Shown here: piece after piece, positions 9,021-19,567 of the stretch
Numbering within the stretch: position 1 is the first letter of the stretch
Layout: every line of letters starts with the position of its first letter
Assembly (NCBI RefSeq): GCF_000400465.1
Contig: NW_008806283.1
Location: forward strand, 330,001-362,000
DNA from: Wallemia ichthyophaga EXF-994
Lineage: Eukaryota > Fungi > Basidiomycota
DNA length: 32,000 nt
Direction: 5' to 3'
Made by a program: the position numbers and the translations under genes
Notes under the pieces: model-generated
The model's database searches: none
Told to the model about the DNA's origin: nothing
The model's input: the letters and a program-made list of their open reading frames with translations, nothing else

Positions 9021-11648
9021 CTACCTGAAAGAACCATCCTCCCTCTTCCCTTTATTGCTCACAGATGTAGCACTAGCGTATGGGGTTTTGTTTACCCGGC
9101 TATTATCATTCGGGTAAGCGTAAGAGTCATCAGAGAAAGAAAGCGAGTTCTCGAAATCGCTATCTTCATATCCGCTCCCACTCCCGCTGCCGTCACCATC
9201 GCCGCCAAAATCAAACTCGACGGCATCCGACGCCTTTCTGTGCATCGCCCACGGCCGCTTTGCGACAGTAGGACGACGCTCATAGTCCCTGGCAGCGGGA
9301 CGGCCACGCGCACCGCCTTCAGTGAGCTGTTCGGACCGGGGGACTGTCATAACAAGACGAGCTATGTCGTCATCCTCCGTAGTGGCAGTAGTGGCACTGT
9401 TCGCAGGTTTCGAATCAGGCTCTACCGTCAAATCGAATGCTGCACCAGCTTGCACGGCATCGTCGTCCACCATCGACCCCTTAGACAGCTTTTCGTCGTA
9501 AGGCATCTTGACATCCTTCACCACCTTATACTGGTCGACGTTGCCGACGTGCTCATTCTCGAAGCGGTAGAAATTCCACTGCCACCGTCGACATACTTCC
9601 ATCACGGCAAATATGAAGCTGCGCACGGCGTAGCGTGCGTGGTGGTCTGGGAGATAAAAAAGCCATATGAAACGGAGGATAGTATTGGTGATCTGGATTG
9701 GTGTTAGCTGCGAAGAATGGCAGGTATGACAACCCCACCATCGAAAAGTAATAGAGCTAATTGACATGTCAGTAACAAGGAAACAAAGCGAATCGCATTA
9801 TGAAAAACTCACATAGGTCTTCTCAAAAGCCAAAGTATCGCGTAGGAAGCGCCGTTTGGATTTGCGCTGTAGCAGCGACCAATCCATCAGTAGGTCCCAG
9901 CTAGCAGTATAGGAGGAAGATATAACCGAAAAAATGATCCATATAATGAATGTATAGTGCTCATAGCTCCCTTTCCCGCTATATCGCCAGCCGAAGAAGG
10001 CGAAATTCTGAGCAACGACACTAACGTACTTGCCTGTGTTGACCAAGTGGATCCGCATAGTATATTTCGAGTCATGGTATCTGCGGAGACACTGACATAA
10101 TCTAATAGTGGCCGGAATGGACTGCAGGATCGGGGTCGCCCATGAGGACTGATTGGAGCAGTATGTACGCGTATCATCCTCGTGCCACTTGACGTTGTAG
10201 CAGCAGCCTAAGAAACGCAGGTTGGAGAATGTGTAAGCGAGTGAATTTAATTCATCACCCAGGACTTAAGTCAGGTGTTAGAAAGTTGGCGTAGTGACAG
10301 ACAAACTCACAGAAATCTCGGAACTGTTCGCTATTATTAGTCATTTCATTAACACACAATAAGCAGCACAAACCTGAACACTGAGCAGCCCCGCTGTGAA
10401 AACTCTCAGTAATGACTTGATCATCCAGTAGCGCGCATTTCGATACATAAATGGCAGAGGATTGAACCAGATGATCAGAGTAACTATTATCCAAATGAGT
10501 GGCCAAGATGTGGGCGCGATGGTCTCACTCCAGCTGTTAGTGAAGGAGACATAGAACGACCACGACAGCAACAAGCAGAGGAACGAAGCTAACACGCTTA
10601 CTTGAGACGGATGCAAATAGCGTCTGAAATCCAGCTCGAAGATAAAAACGTAGTTTATCCTCGCCTTTGAAAGTAGTGCCTCATTAGTTGAGAAAAGAAG
10701 TAGAAAGAATGGAGGGAGTATACAGGCGCTGTAAGCCTGTAGAAGAGCCTGCCACGTTGGCAAGTTCTCACGCAATGTCGGATTGTAGACATTATGAATA
10801 CCCATGCAGATAGGTGGGATCGACAATCCGATAAAGATACCAGTGAATACTAGCGGTGCTGTAACTGATCTCTTTGTAGACTCCAGCCTCAACTTCTGAG
10901 CTGCACGTCTATGTGACCCTCTTTCAAAATAAGACGCAAAGACATTTTCAGTCGCATCGAGCAGATAATTAACATCCTGCGACGTTGTAAATTCTGATTG
11001 ATTCACCTTCTGTTGAATGTACAGCGGACCGAATTTGATATTGTTCTCCGCCATCTTATCATACTTCTTGAGGGCCTTGTAGAAGGCGACTTGATTGAGG
11101 TCAGAGAATGATTTAAGCATATTGAGATATCTGTGCAGCTCAAACACTGCGAGTTTCAGCTTTCTCTGCGCCTTCTTGTAACCCTGTGGATCTGGGAGGC
11201 CTTCAGTGTTATCTTTCTGGATATGAGCTCTGCTGGGAGGTATTGGAGGCTGACGCGTGAATACTCTATAGAAGTTTCTGATGTGTCTTGTATCCCATGC
11301 ACCCTTGAATGCGAGGTAGATGTTGCGCGGGTACTGCGTGTAAAATGATTGGCGGTGCTTTCGTAGTTGAATTAGCTGCGAATCTAACAAAGCAGCCTGT
11401 GTTTGCGCGTCTGACAGTCTATCGAGGTAAAACTCATTGATTTTGACTAATTCAGCGTTGAGAGTGTTGAAAAATGATCTGTGCGTTGGTGGGAGTATGG
11501 AAATAATATAATTTATATCATTAACGCTATCCTTTATCTCCACACGACCAGATAAATGTTTTATCTTCTTTTTCGAGTGCTTGTAAGCGAAGTAGCCTGG
11601 CAGCCATTCTGAGACTGCTTCAGCATCAAGTGTGACGCTAAATTTCAT
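9021..11648 (-). CDS. SYG1: SPX-EXS domain protein (Syg1/XPR1 phosphate-exporter family)
   Basis: N-terminal MKF..EW...Y..YKHSKKKIK SPX motif, LNQVAFYKALKKYDK. EXS motifs SVQFRDFFLGDELNSL, NTILRFIW and EVCRRWQWNFYRFENEHVGNVDQYK restored by introns 10373-10324, 10310-10265, 9812-9757 and 9738-9693. Confidence 0.92.
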
Positions 11649-11935
11649 TAAGAGATATATCTAGCGGAGTATCCGATACGTTTTCGTAGCGCGTCTATGT
11701 AGCGTGCCGCCTGTGGATGAAGCTAGCAATGTGACTATAGAGGTGAACAAATTTGACTAGCTTTGTTACTTGTTGGCTGTGAGCACTGAAGGAATCTAAT
11801 TTTGTACAATATTCGGAAATTCACTCTACTCATTCATCACATTCACGGCTAACTTACTGCATACAACCTTCGAAGAAAATATTCATTCCAAAGTTTTAAT
11901 TAAATCTAGTTTCCCAGAGATAGTCCCATTATTTG

Positions 11936-12633
11936 TCAATACGTCCGCCACCCCTCACCATTAAAGTAACTTTTCTCAGGCACTGGTGCCGACGCTGTCG
12001 ACAAAGGCCAAAGCATGTCATCACCATCGACCTCAGTGGACTCCCGCTTGAGCTTCTTGCTAACGCTACGCGTCATTTTAATGTTTTTCCACTCGTTGCT
12101 GGCCTGCTTTGATATCTTGCTCTGATGGGTTGTGCTTCCATTGGCTCTAATGCGACAATCAGAAAACTGAAACACCGATAAATTTCTCACTCACTTCAAA
12201 TCTGCACTTTTCTTCCGTCTGTATTCTAGGAATGAATTCATTCTAGCATGCGTCAGCAACGTGCAACTGTGCGTTCACCAACTCACCTCGGCAGCGGAGA
12301 AGGAGATGGACACATCTCTGCAGAGAAATCTGCAGAGCACAAATATTCATACTCCGATGCCAAACCCCTGCATCTCTTCTTCGGTGGTTTATGTACGTTC
12401 AAGTCTAATGGTGGCTGCGTCCTTGGCGTGATACTCGGAGGTAGATGGAGTATCTCAGGTAGATCCATCGGCGTACTCATCCACTCATCACTGGGTATGC
12501 TGTTGAAGATAGTGTCTTCAGAGGTTCTGTAGACTGAGTGAGTCGTTGATAGTTGTATTGCTATCGAGCCGTCAGAGCGTTCCCTTTTCTGCTGGAAAAA
12601 CTCACGCAAGTGGTAAAACGATAGGGAGCTCAT
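11936..12633 (-). CDS. HMG-box-like transcription factor with a divergent or truncated box
   Basis: Introns 12286-12243 and 12194-12147 (both gtgagt..ctgac/ctgat..tag) give PLPRMNSFLEYRRKKSADLKANGSTTHQSKISKQASNEWKNI, matching HMG helices 1-2 (P-R-x-N-x-F, ISK..W). Confidence 0.65.
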
Positions 12634-12975
12634 GGTATAATGGATGAAGGAAGACCGTTATGCTCCACCTTCTTAAATATATCCATTGATTGAAGTCTTG
12701 AAAGGTGAAAACTTGCTCTTCCCCGCGATACACTCTCTGCACATATGAATACGCGGACAAAGATAGTTTACACCGATGTGAAAAATAGCGTTGAAGATAG
12801 CTACACAAGGTGAATGCTGCGTTGAGTGGTGTAGTGAGAAAAGTGAGTGATGTATCAAACGAGCCCAGCATTAACTCCAAGGCACGTATAAAGAATAGTC
12901 TATATAGAGCGTGTATGGAATGATATATTACAAAGTATAGAAGTAAAATAAATTTGATATTCACAAGCAACCAAC

Positions 12976-13785
12976 TTAAAGCTGTAGAGCTCCCTTCAAA
13001 GCCTCATTCTCCAGCCTTACCAAGCGCAGCTCTTCTTCAAGCCCAGCGACACATTCAATGCGGCTAGTAAGATGGGCATTCTTCTCAACAAGTTGTTCAA
13101 CTTGCGACTCAAGATAAGACAACTCATTCCTCTTCCTTTCCCTAGATTTACGCGCAGCCAAAGTATTTTGTCTACGTTTTGATTCAATCGCATCCTGTAC
13201 GTCTGAAGGAACATCATCGACAGTGCCCCGTGATCTTTTCTTAGAGTTGCCTTCTACGCGTGATTCGAAAGCAGCAGGAACCTTCTTACGTGAAGTGGCA
13301 CTAGCTGACGAGTATTTACGGGGTTGAATTGGATCCGACATTCCGACCTTGTATCGCTTTGACTGGATGGTTGAAGAGCGTGATTTGTCACACGGAGGGG
13401 GTGAGACGGATGGTTTATTGTAAAGATCGTTCTGTTCAGAGGCTTCTTTGAGTAAGGACGAAAAACCATCGAATACGGAAGTGTCGATAGGATGTTCTGG
13501 TGGGTGTTTAACTGTTTCAGGGTCAATGCCCTCTGCACTCCCACCAAACAAGGGGAAGCCGCCCAACAAATCGTTAGTATCAGAGTGTAGGAGTTGAGGC
13601 GTGACAAGTTGTTGTTGAGGGGAGGAGGAAGATGAAGTAATTGAGAAAGGGCTGTTGGTTAGGCTTGGTGGTTGTTTGAATGAGCTAAAAAGCGCGTCAA
13701 AGTCGATCAAGTCATTCGATTGACTTGTGGCTCCGCTTTGAGCGACAGAGTGCTCATACTGAGTACTGAAATTGAGATCTGACAT
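12976..13785 (-). CDS. GCN4: bZIP activator of general amino-acid control (Gcn4/Cpc1)
   Basis: ATG 13785 MSDLNF; acidic LIDFDALF region; PRKYSSASATSRKKVP; basic region KRRQNTLAARKSRERK followed by a leucine zipper. Confidence 0.88.
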   Translation of the reverse strand: MSDLNFSTQYEHSVAQSGATSQSNDLIDFDALFSSFKQPPSLTNSPFSITSSSSSPQQQLVTPQLLHSDTNDLLGGFPLFGGSAEGIDPETVKHPPEHPIDTSVFDGFSSLLKEASEQNDLYNKPSVSPPPCDKSRSSTIQSKRYKVGMSDPIQPRKYSSASATSRKKVPAAFESRVEGNSKKRSRGTVDDVPSDVQDAIESKRRQNTLAARKSRERKRNELSYLESQVEQLVEKNAHLTSRIECVAGLEEELRLVRLENEALKGALQL

Positions 13786-13963
13786 AATTGTAATTGTGAT
13801 ATTTGTGTGATAAAATTCATCTTGTGTAAATTCTTGGTGAGACACATTGGTCTTTTATATTGTAAAGCTTAGTGATAGTCAAGGGGAAACATATTGAAAC
13901 TCTCTTAAATATAATTTGATTATTCAAATTATAAAATCTGGGTGCTTAAGTAATTTAGAACAT
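13707..13963 (-). promoter_or_regulatory. Three uORFs in the GCN4 leader: uORF1 13963-13955 (MF*), uORF2 13892-13869 (MFPLDYH*), uORF3 13847-13707 (46 aa, overlaps the main ORF out of frame)
   Basis: AUG and stop positions read directly on the minus strand; the arrangement matches GCN4/ATF4 delayed-reinitiation control. Confidence 0.8.
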
Positions 13964-13970
13964 TGTGATA

Positions 13971-14026
13971 CTGTGGTGAGTGGTGTGAGTGGATGGATTT
14001 GCCATGATTACGTTGGCTATACTTAC
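13971..14026 (-). other. Predicted 56-nt 5'-UTR intron of GCN4
   Basis: gtaagt donor at 14026, ctcac branch-like motifs, cag acceptor at 13971; size matches the other introns in the window. Confidence 0.6.
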
Positions 14027-14572
14027 AAATCAAAAGGCGGTAGGCGTTGTCGTTTTCGTTTGCGTTTATTGAGTTGATGAGAGTAGGGAGAAATCACTTT
14101 GAGAAAAAAATTCGAATATACGCGCATAAATTAAACTCAAAAATTCTATCTTGCATTTATAATTTGACCAATTTAGTATAGCCGTGAGCTGCTCTCCATG
14201 TTTCTCATTAACTTCTCCTCTGCAGTACTTCGGAAACCCGATGAAAATTTACTCTAAACCCTGATAAAAGGGAGATACATTGATTAAAAGCAGTTCTAAT
14301 GATGCCTATGTACTCTTATCTCGCTTACTCTTCATCTGACTTTGCCCACCTCTGCAAAGTGAAGCAAGTCACATGAGCATTCTCAAATGGACTAAAAGTT
14401 TGAAATTTATGCGCAGCACCAAACACACACCAACTCAAGCAATTCTCTCACTCAAATCTCCACTCTTGTCCTCGTATTTGCCCGCTTTCCTCCTTCATCC
14501 ATAACTTCCATCATCGATAAATTAATTTTGTGTTGTGCTTAAACCCTAAGATTCCAAGTATAAAAATATCTC

Positions 14573-16386
14573 ATGGACGTCTACACCCTCTATAAGCAGC
14601 AACTCGGGACTTTAAATTCAAACCAAAAGCATCTTATAAACAATTTAACGCTACTCGCACGCCAATACGCATCCACACCCAACCAAGTAGCAGATGCCGT
14701 CCATGACCACATCTCTTTCCTGAAACCGCATTACAGGCTACCTGTTCTCTACTTGATTGACAGCGTTTGTAAAAATCTCGCTCAATTCAACTACGCGTAC
14801 TACTTTAGACCATACATTGCCAAGGATTGGCTAGAGACGTACAACATGGTAGATGGCTCTACGCGTTCAAAACTCGAAGAATTGGTCATTACTTGGCGTA
14901 ATGGTGGTCCTTACGGATCAAATTTATTTGGTGAGCACGCCCAACTAGAATGTGAGCAGAGACTTTATGGCAATGGCGGATGGAAAGCAACTATACCTCT
15001 TTCGTATGGCCCAAGTAGAACACTTGTCATCTCTGAGCTTCAAGGTGCTTTGGAAAAGAGAAGGTTGCATTTGCAGTACTATCCATTTGACGATAAGGTC
15101 AAATCTCATGTTCACGCTCTATCGACGCTTGAAAAGATACTGCTTACAACTTCTGTACCACCTGATCAATTGAACCAGATATATGAGAGAGTGAAATCCA
15201 TGACGAATGATGCAACACCGTTAGTTGGCGCGCCGGGAGCAGCGCCGGGAATAACACCAGGCATATCATCAGGATTGGCTTCAGGATCACCCCCACCATT
15301 ACCCACACCTGCAATCATATCAACGCCAGCACCCGCGCCAGCACCACCAGTTCAGCCAGCTGCACCTATACCCATCTTAGCCTCGCAGTCAAACCCCTTA
15401 CTGCAATCTTTAACACCACCACCACCATCAGCAACGCCATCACAACCTGGTTCAAATGTATCTGGATTACTGCAATCATTGCAAGCATCTGGATTGTTGA
15501 AACCATCAACGACATCGATTAATGGATCTAGCACACCTGCATCACTTACACCACAAATGAACACAACCAACACAATCTCTCAGGATGACGATGAGAAAGA
15601 AAAACAATATGATCAAGCAGTTCTCGCACTTGATATTGTACTTGATAATAATGATATACTTTGGTGTGTTAGCGTATTCAATAAAGTATTTACAACGTTA
15701 ATATACCAAACAGTGCACGACCAAATCTTGACAAATTGTTTTACGATAGACTAACAATACAGTGTCCACAATGCTCTCGACGATTCGGTGATACGAAGAG
15801 CGGGAAGAAGCAGCTGGGGGAGCACATTGATACGCATTTCAGAATAAATAGGCGTAATAAAGAGGGAAGTCGAGGAGTTACAAGATCATGGTTGATTGTG
15901 TTGAGAGTGAGTCAATTAAGTCTCAGATGAAAATTCTCATGTCTAACAATAAATTCTGTGTAGGATTGGATGAATGATGTGGCTGACGACTCGCTAGCTT
16001 CACAGAGAGGACCAATGGCTTCACATGAAGATTCAGAGCACGCACAAGAGATGGAATACCGTAAAAAGTTAGAATCATCAACTGTGCCTGTACCCATTGA
16101 TGCTTCGGATGCTGCGCAGCTGTGTCCGATTTGTAAAGAAAAGTTTAAGTCGGAGTTTAGCGAGGAGGATGAAGAGTGGGTATGGGTCAATGCGATACAA
16201 GACGGTGATGTTATCTACCATGCAACATGCCACAATGATCGTACTGTGGGGGCTGTAGATACCCTACCTGCGTCTCGTTCTGGGTCTGTTTTGGGTAAGA
16301 GGGAGAGGCAGGGAAGCCTTGATGATGGCGACGTTGCTGCTGACACAAAGAAAATTTTACTTGAAGACGTTGTCAAGATGGAGTGA
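14573..16386 (+). CDS. PCF11: Cleavage/polyadenylation factor Pcf11 (CID plus C-terminal zinc fingers)
   Basis: CID motifs LNSNQKHLINNLT, LYLIDSVCKN, WRNGGP. Introns 15664-15713 and 15907-15963 give QCPQCSRRF..HIDTHF and CPICKEKFKSEFSEEDEEWVWVNA..YHATC. Confidence 0.9.
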
Positions 16387-16508
16387 GTTTCAGCGAAAGA
16401 GAATAAGTTATACAAAGCATATTTATACATTTCTACACACATATATATATAAACCTTGTTTAGTTGTTTCAACGAAATTCCTGCCTTCGCCACAATCACA
16501 ACCATCAC

Positions 16509-17162
16509 ATGCTCAGGACGCTGTCGAGAGGAATAAGAATGAGCAAGCCGTTTATCGAATCAGTAGAAAATATCCCAACAAATACAAAGTTCCTCGGACT
16601 GCAAACGCTCCACTGGAAAGACCAAGACGGGAAAGCACGCAAATGGGAGAATGCATATCGCACGACGCGTTCAGAAAGTGGCGTGGATGCAGTATCGATA
16701 GCTGCGATATTGAAATACACGACAGCGCGTCCGAGTGATATAGTGCTCATAAAGCAATACCGACCACCACACGATACGCAGGTAGTTGAGATGCCAGCTG
16801 GACTGGTGGATGCAGGCGAGGACATACGTGCCTGTGCTATCCGTGAGCTGTACGAGGAGACAGGCATACGCAGCGACAGGATAACTGTCATCGATGAGAC
16901 CCCTACGATTGCAAACGATCCGGGTATGTCAAATGCTAATATGAAGAACGTGACTCTCGTGGTGGATGGCGTCGATGCTGACGTGGCGATGCCTGAGCAG
17001 CATCTTGATGAAGGGGAACATATCACCGTACAACGCGTACCTCTCACCCAACTCCATCAGAAGCTACTTGAGTATTCGGAGCAGGGCTTTATCGTTGACG
17101 CTAGGCTGTCACACTTGGCTCTTGGCTTGCATATCGCCCGCACACAGCAGTCTGTTTTCTAA
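16509..17162 (+). CDS. YSA1: ADP-ribose pyrophosphatase, Nudix hydrolase (Ysa1/NUDT5 type)
   Basis: Nudix box GLVDAGEDIRACAIRELYEETG; WKDQDGKARKWE, KQYRPP, EMPAGL, DPGMSNAN, VDARL. Confidence 0.85.
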   Translation: MLRTLSRGIRMSKPFIESVENIPTNTKFLGLQTLHWKDQDGKARKWENAYRTTRSESGVDAVSIAAILKYTTARPSDIVLIKQYRPPHDTQVVEMPAGLVDAGEDIRACAIRELYEETGIRSDRITVIDETPTIANDPGMSNANMKNVTLVVDGVDADVAMPEQHLDEGEHITVQRVPLTQLHQKLLEYSEQGFIVDARLSHLALGLHIARTQQSVF

Positions 17163-17217
17163 TTGTACAGTTGAATGACGTCATTTGAATAAAGTATGAA
17201 CCACATTTTAGAAAATT

Positions 17218-17796
17218 TCAAGCACTCCTCTCCGGTAAACAGATGCGGGTGCCTGGGATTAGAGCATTGCAGGGCAGCGATTGCTGGAGCTGATCGAGTG
17301 GAACGTGCTGAGACATAGCGATGCCCCAGCAAGTGTCACCTTTTGAAATGGTGTATTCGCCGTGTTTACAGTGCGTGGAGCTGCCGCTGTATATAAATTT
17401 GACCAAAACAAGTAAAACGACGGCAACGATGAGAAAGAAGGGGAGGAGTGGTCTGTAAGGGGAGTTTACGGCGGTGAAGGATGGCGGAGTGAATTCGATA
17501 TCATCGTCGCGCTCATTTCCACGTAAGGGAGACGTGTACGTGAGTCTGCCGCCGTATTCATTGGCTGAAACGCACTGAGGACCGAAGAAAACGGAGAAAA
17601 GACCGACTAACCTGGCTCGCCGATGTAGTAACCCTGCGTGGATGGTGAGAAAGGTATAGGAGTTGCAAAGGCACCACAAACACACCTGAGAGTCTCTAAA
17701 CGTGTACTGCTGCGTATCCGCATCATAGCCGACTCTACGCATGCCCTCCGGAAGGCGATAAGCGTCAGAGTCGTAGTGCGTGTATCTGTTGGACAT
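17218..17796 (-). CDS. Single-pass membrane protein with a C-terminal fungal LysM (CBM50) domain
   Basis: Introns 17685-17634 and 17611-17565 give RLPEGMRRVGYDADTQQYTFRDSQGYYIGEPANEYGGRL; TM segment PLLPFFLIVAVVLLVLVKFI; LysM YTISKGDTCWGIA..CNALIPGTRICLP. Confidence 0.8.
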   Translation of the reverse strand: MSNRYTHYDSDAYRLPEGMRRVGYDADTQQYTFRDSQVCLWCLCNSYTFLTIHAGLLHRRARLVGLFSVFFGPQCVSANEYGGRLTYTSPLRGNERDDDIEFTPPSFTAVNSPYRPLLPFFLIVAVVLLVLVKFIYSGSSTHCKHGEYTISKGDTCWGIAMSQHVPLDQLQQSLPCNALIPGTRICLPERSA

Positions 17797-17903
17797 TTAA
17801 AATATTACTCAGCGTGTTTACTAATGTGATGATATTGGCCGTCGACTAGGCTTAGATTGCGACCGTGATCAGCAATTCCCTGGACCCGAAATAAAAAGAT
17901 AAA

Positions 17904-19286
17904 ATGGGAAATCCATTCAATTCCAAAGCACCAGATAGTGCACGTACAGGTCCCATGTCCTCACTCAGCGTACAGTCTTATCACCAGGATTCTCCGCCAT
18001 TTACGGGCCAAGCGAATGATGAGAAGATACCTGCGATAAATCTGGGTAGCGCGGAGAACAGCACAGAGAATACCACAGAAGCATCTTCACACTCTAGTTC
18101 TCACTCCACTTCACCCTCCTCTCAGTTCCACAATCACCTCAAAGGAAAAGCAGCTTTCTCGCCCATGTACTCTCCTAGACCCGATGGCAGCGCACAGCCA
18201 TCGCCGCACCCAATGCTGTCAGACCTCCCGAGCTCAGCAGCCAACGCTATTGCTGAGAGGGCTCTCAGACCTTCGATCCAAAGAGAGTCATCTGAGATTG
18301 GCGTAGCACGCGACCGCGTACCTAAAGAGCCTCTCATTGCTCCCGAGTTTGATGACAAGGGGAAGTCTGAGCAGGTGGAGCTAGAAAAGTCGCCCAAGAA
18401 GAATGACGCCACTGTCAAACCACCCGTCACCCCAAATCCATTCTCTCGAGAAGGCAGCCCACCTGACATGAGAGATGGAGCAGATTTGTTTGGCGACGAT
18501 GGCTATGTCTTCCCCAAGCACAAACTCAAGGGGATGATGGAGGGTGGGTCATAATGATTAATAAGACTGAACAAAGCCCCACTGACACCCTGCTCAGACG
18601 AAGAGAAAATACCTCTTGTGATCGTAGCTTGTGGCTCATTCAGCCCGCCTACTTACCTCCACCTGCGCATGTTCGAGATGGCATCCGACCAGATACGCGA
18701 GAAAGGCAAGTTTGAGATACTCGGTGGATACTATTCGCCAGTATCAGACGCATACAAAAAGTCAGGTCTGGCCGCAGCCCAGCATCGCGTGATGATGTGC
18801 CACTTGGGCGTTGAGTGCACATCTGATTGGCTCATGGTGGACCCGTGGGAGGCAAACAAGAAGGAGTTCACACGCACAGCTCACGTACTCGATCATTTCG
18901 ACCAGGAGATCAACGAGTGCGATGAATATGGAGTAAAATTACGCGATGGCTCTCGCCGCAAAGTGCAGATAATGCTCTTGGCAGGTGGGGATCTGATTGA
19001 ATCGTTTGGTGAGCCTGGAGTGTGGTCGGAGGATGATCTGAATCACATACTCGGCAAATTCGGAGCACTAATCGTAGAGAGGACAGGAAGCGACGTATGG
19101 GCGTTCTTGTTGTCACATGATTTGCTATATAAGCATCGACGGAATGTAATTGTGGTGAAGCAGCTCATTTACAATGACATATCGTCGACGAAAGTAAGGC
19201 TTTTCGTTAGGAGGGGAATGTCGATTAGATATCTACTGCCATCGGCGGTAGCGGCGTACATACTGAACAACAAGATATACATGTAA
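17904..19286 (+). CDS. NMA1: Nicotinamide/nicotinate mononucleotide adenylyltransferase
   Basis: Intron 18544-18597 joins MME to DEEKIPLVIVACGSFSPPTYLHLRMFE (GSFxPxT/H motif); SPVSDAYKK, VDPWE, LAGGDLIESF, NDISSTKVR. Confidence 0.92.
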
Positions 19287-19567
19287 GCAGTAGAATAATA
19301 ATGAATTATAGATGTTGTGAGGTATGTGTGATGATGTGGGGAGTAAGGGCAGCTAAAGGATAAAGGGAGTTAAGGGAAATATAAAGATATGCAGATACTG
19401 TAAAGTGCCCAAGAAACCTCCCAGAGAAATATCTGGAAAAAATAAATTTTGAATCACCCGCTCAAGTCAGATTTGAAGTCAATATTCTCTCTTCTTAGCT
19501 CACGGTTTCTGGTGCGTAAATGAAAATTAAATATGAGTAATGGCAGCTTACAAGGGTCTTTAGAAGA

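Noticed and set aside
8931-9707. 258-aa plus-strand ORF
   Set aside because: Lies wholly antisense to the SYG1 C-terminal exon, has no recognisable motif and is explained by codon bias of the sense gene.
11710-11793. Possible box C/D snoRNA (GGATGA ... CTGA)
   Set aside because: Box C is imperfect, the terminal stem is only 3 bp and no rRNA-complementary guide was recognised.
11936-12633. Mating-type locus
   Set aside because: Only a partial HMG box is present; no STE3 receptor, pheromone precursor or homeodomain gene was found in the window.
13786-13854. Non-AUG N-terminal extension of Gcn4 (GTG at 13845), as reported for Neurospora cpc-1
   Set aside because: An in-frame TAA at 13857-13855 limits any extension to 23 codons, so there is no long conserved extension here.
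14250-14552. AAACCCT motifs as telomeric or telomerase-template sequence
   Set aside because: Two isolated 7-8 bp matches with no tandem array; expected by chance.
17565-17685. LysM ORF reads through both introns without a stop
   Set aside because: The introns total 99 nt (52+47), so the open frame is coincidental; the spliced form restores the conserved N-terminal motif.
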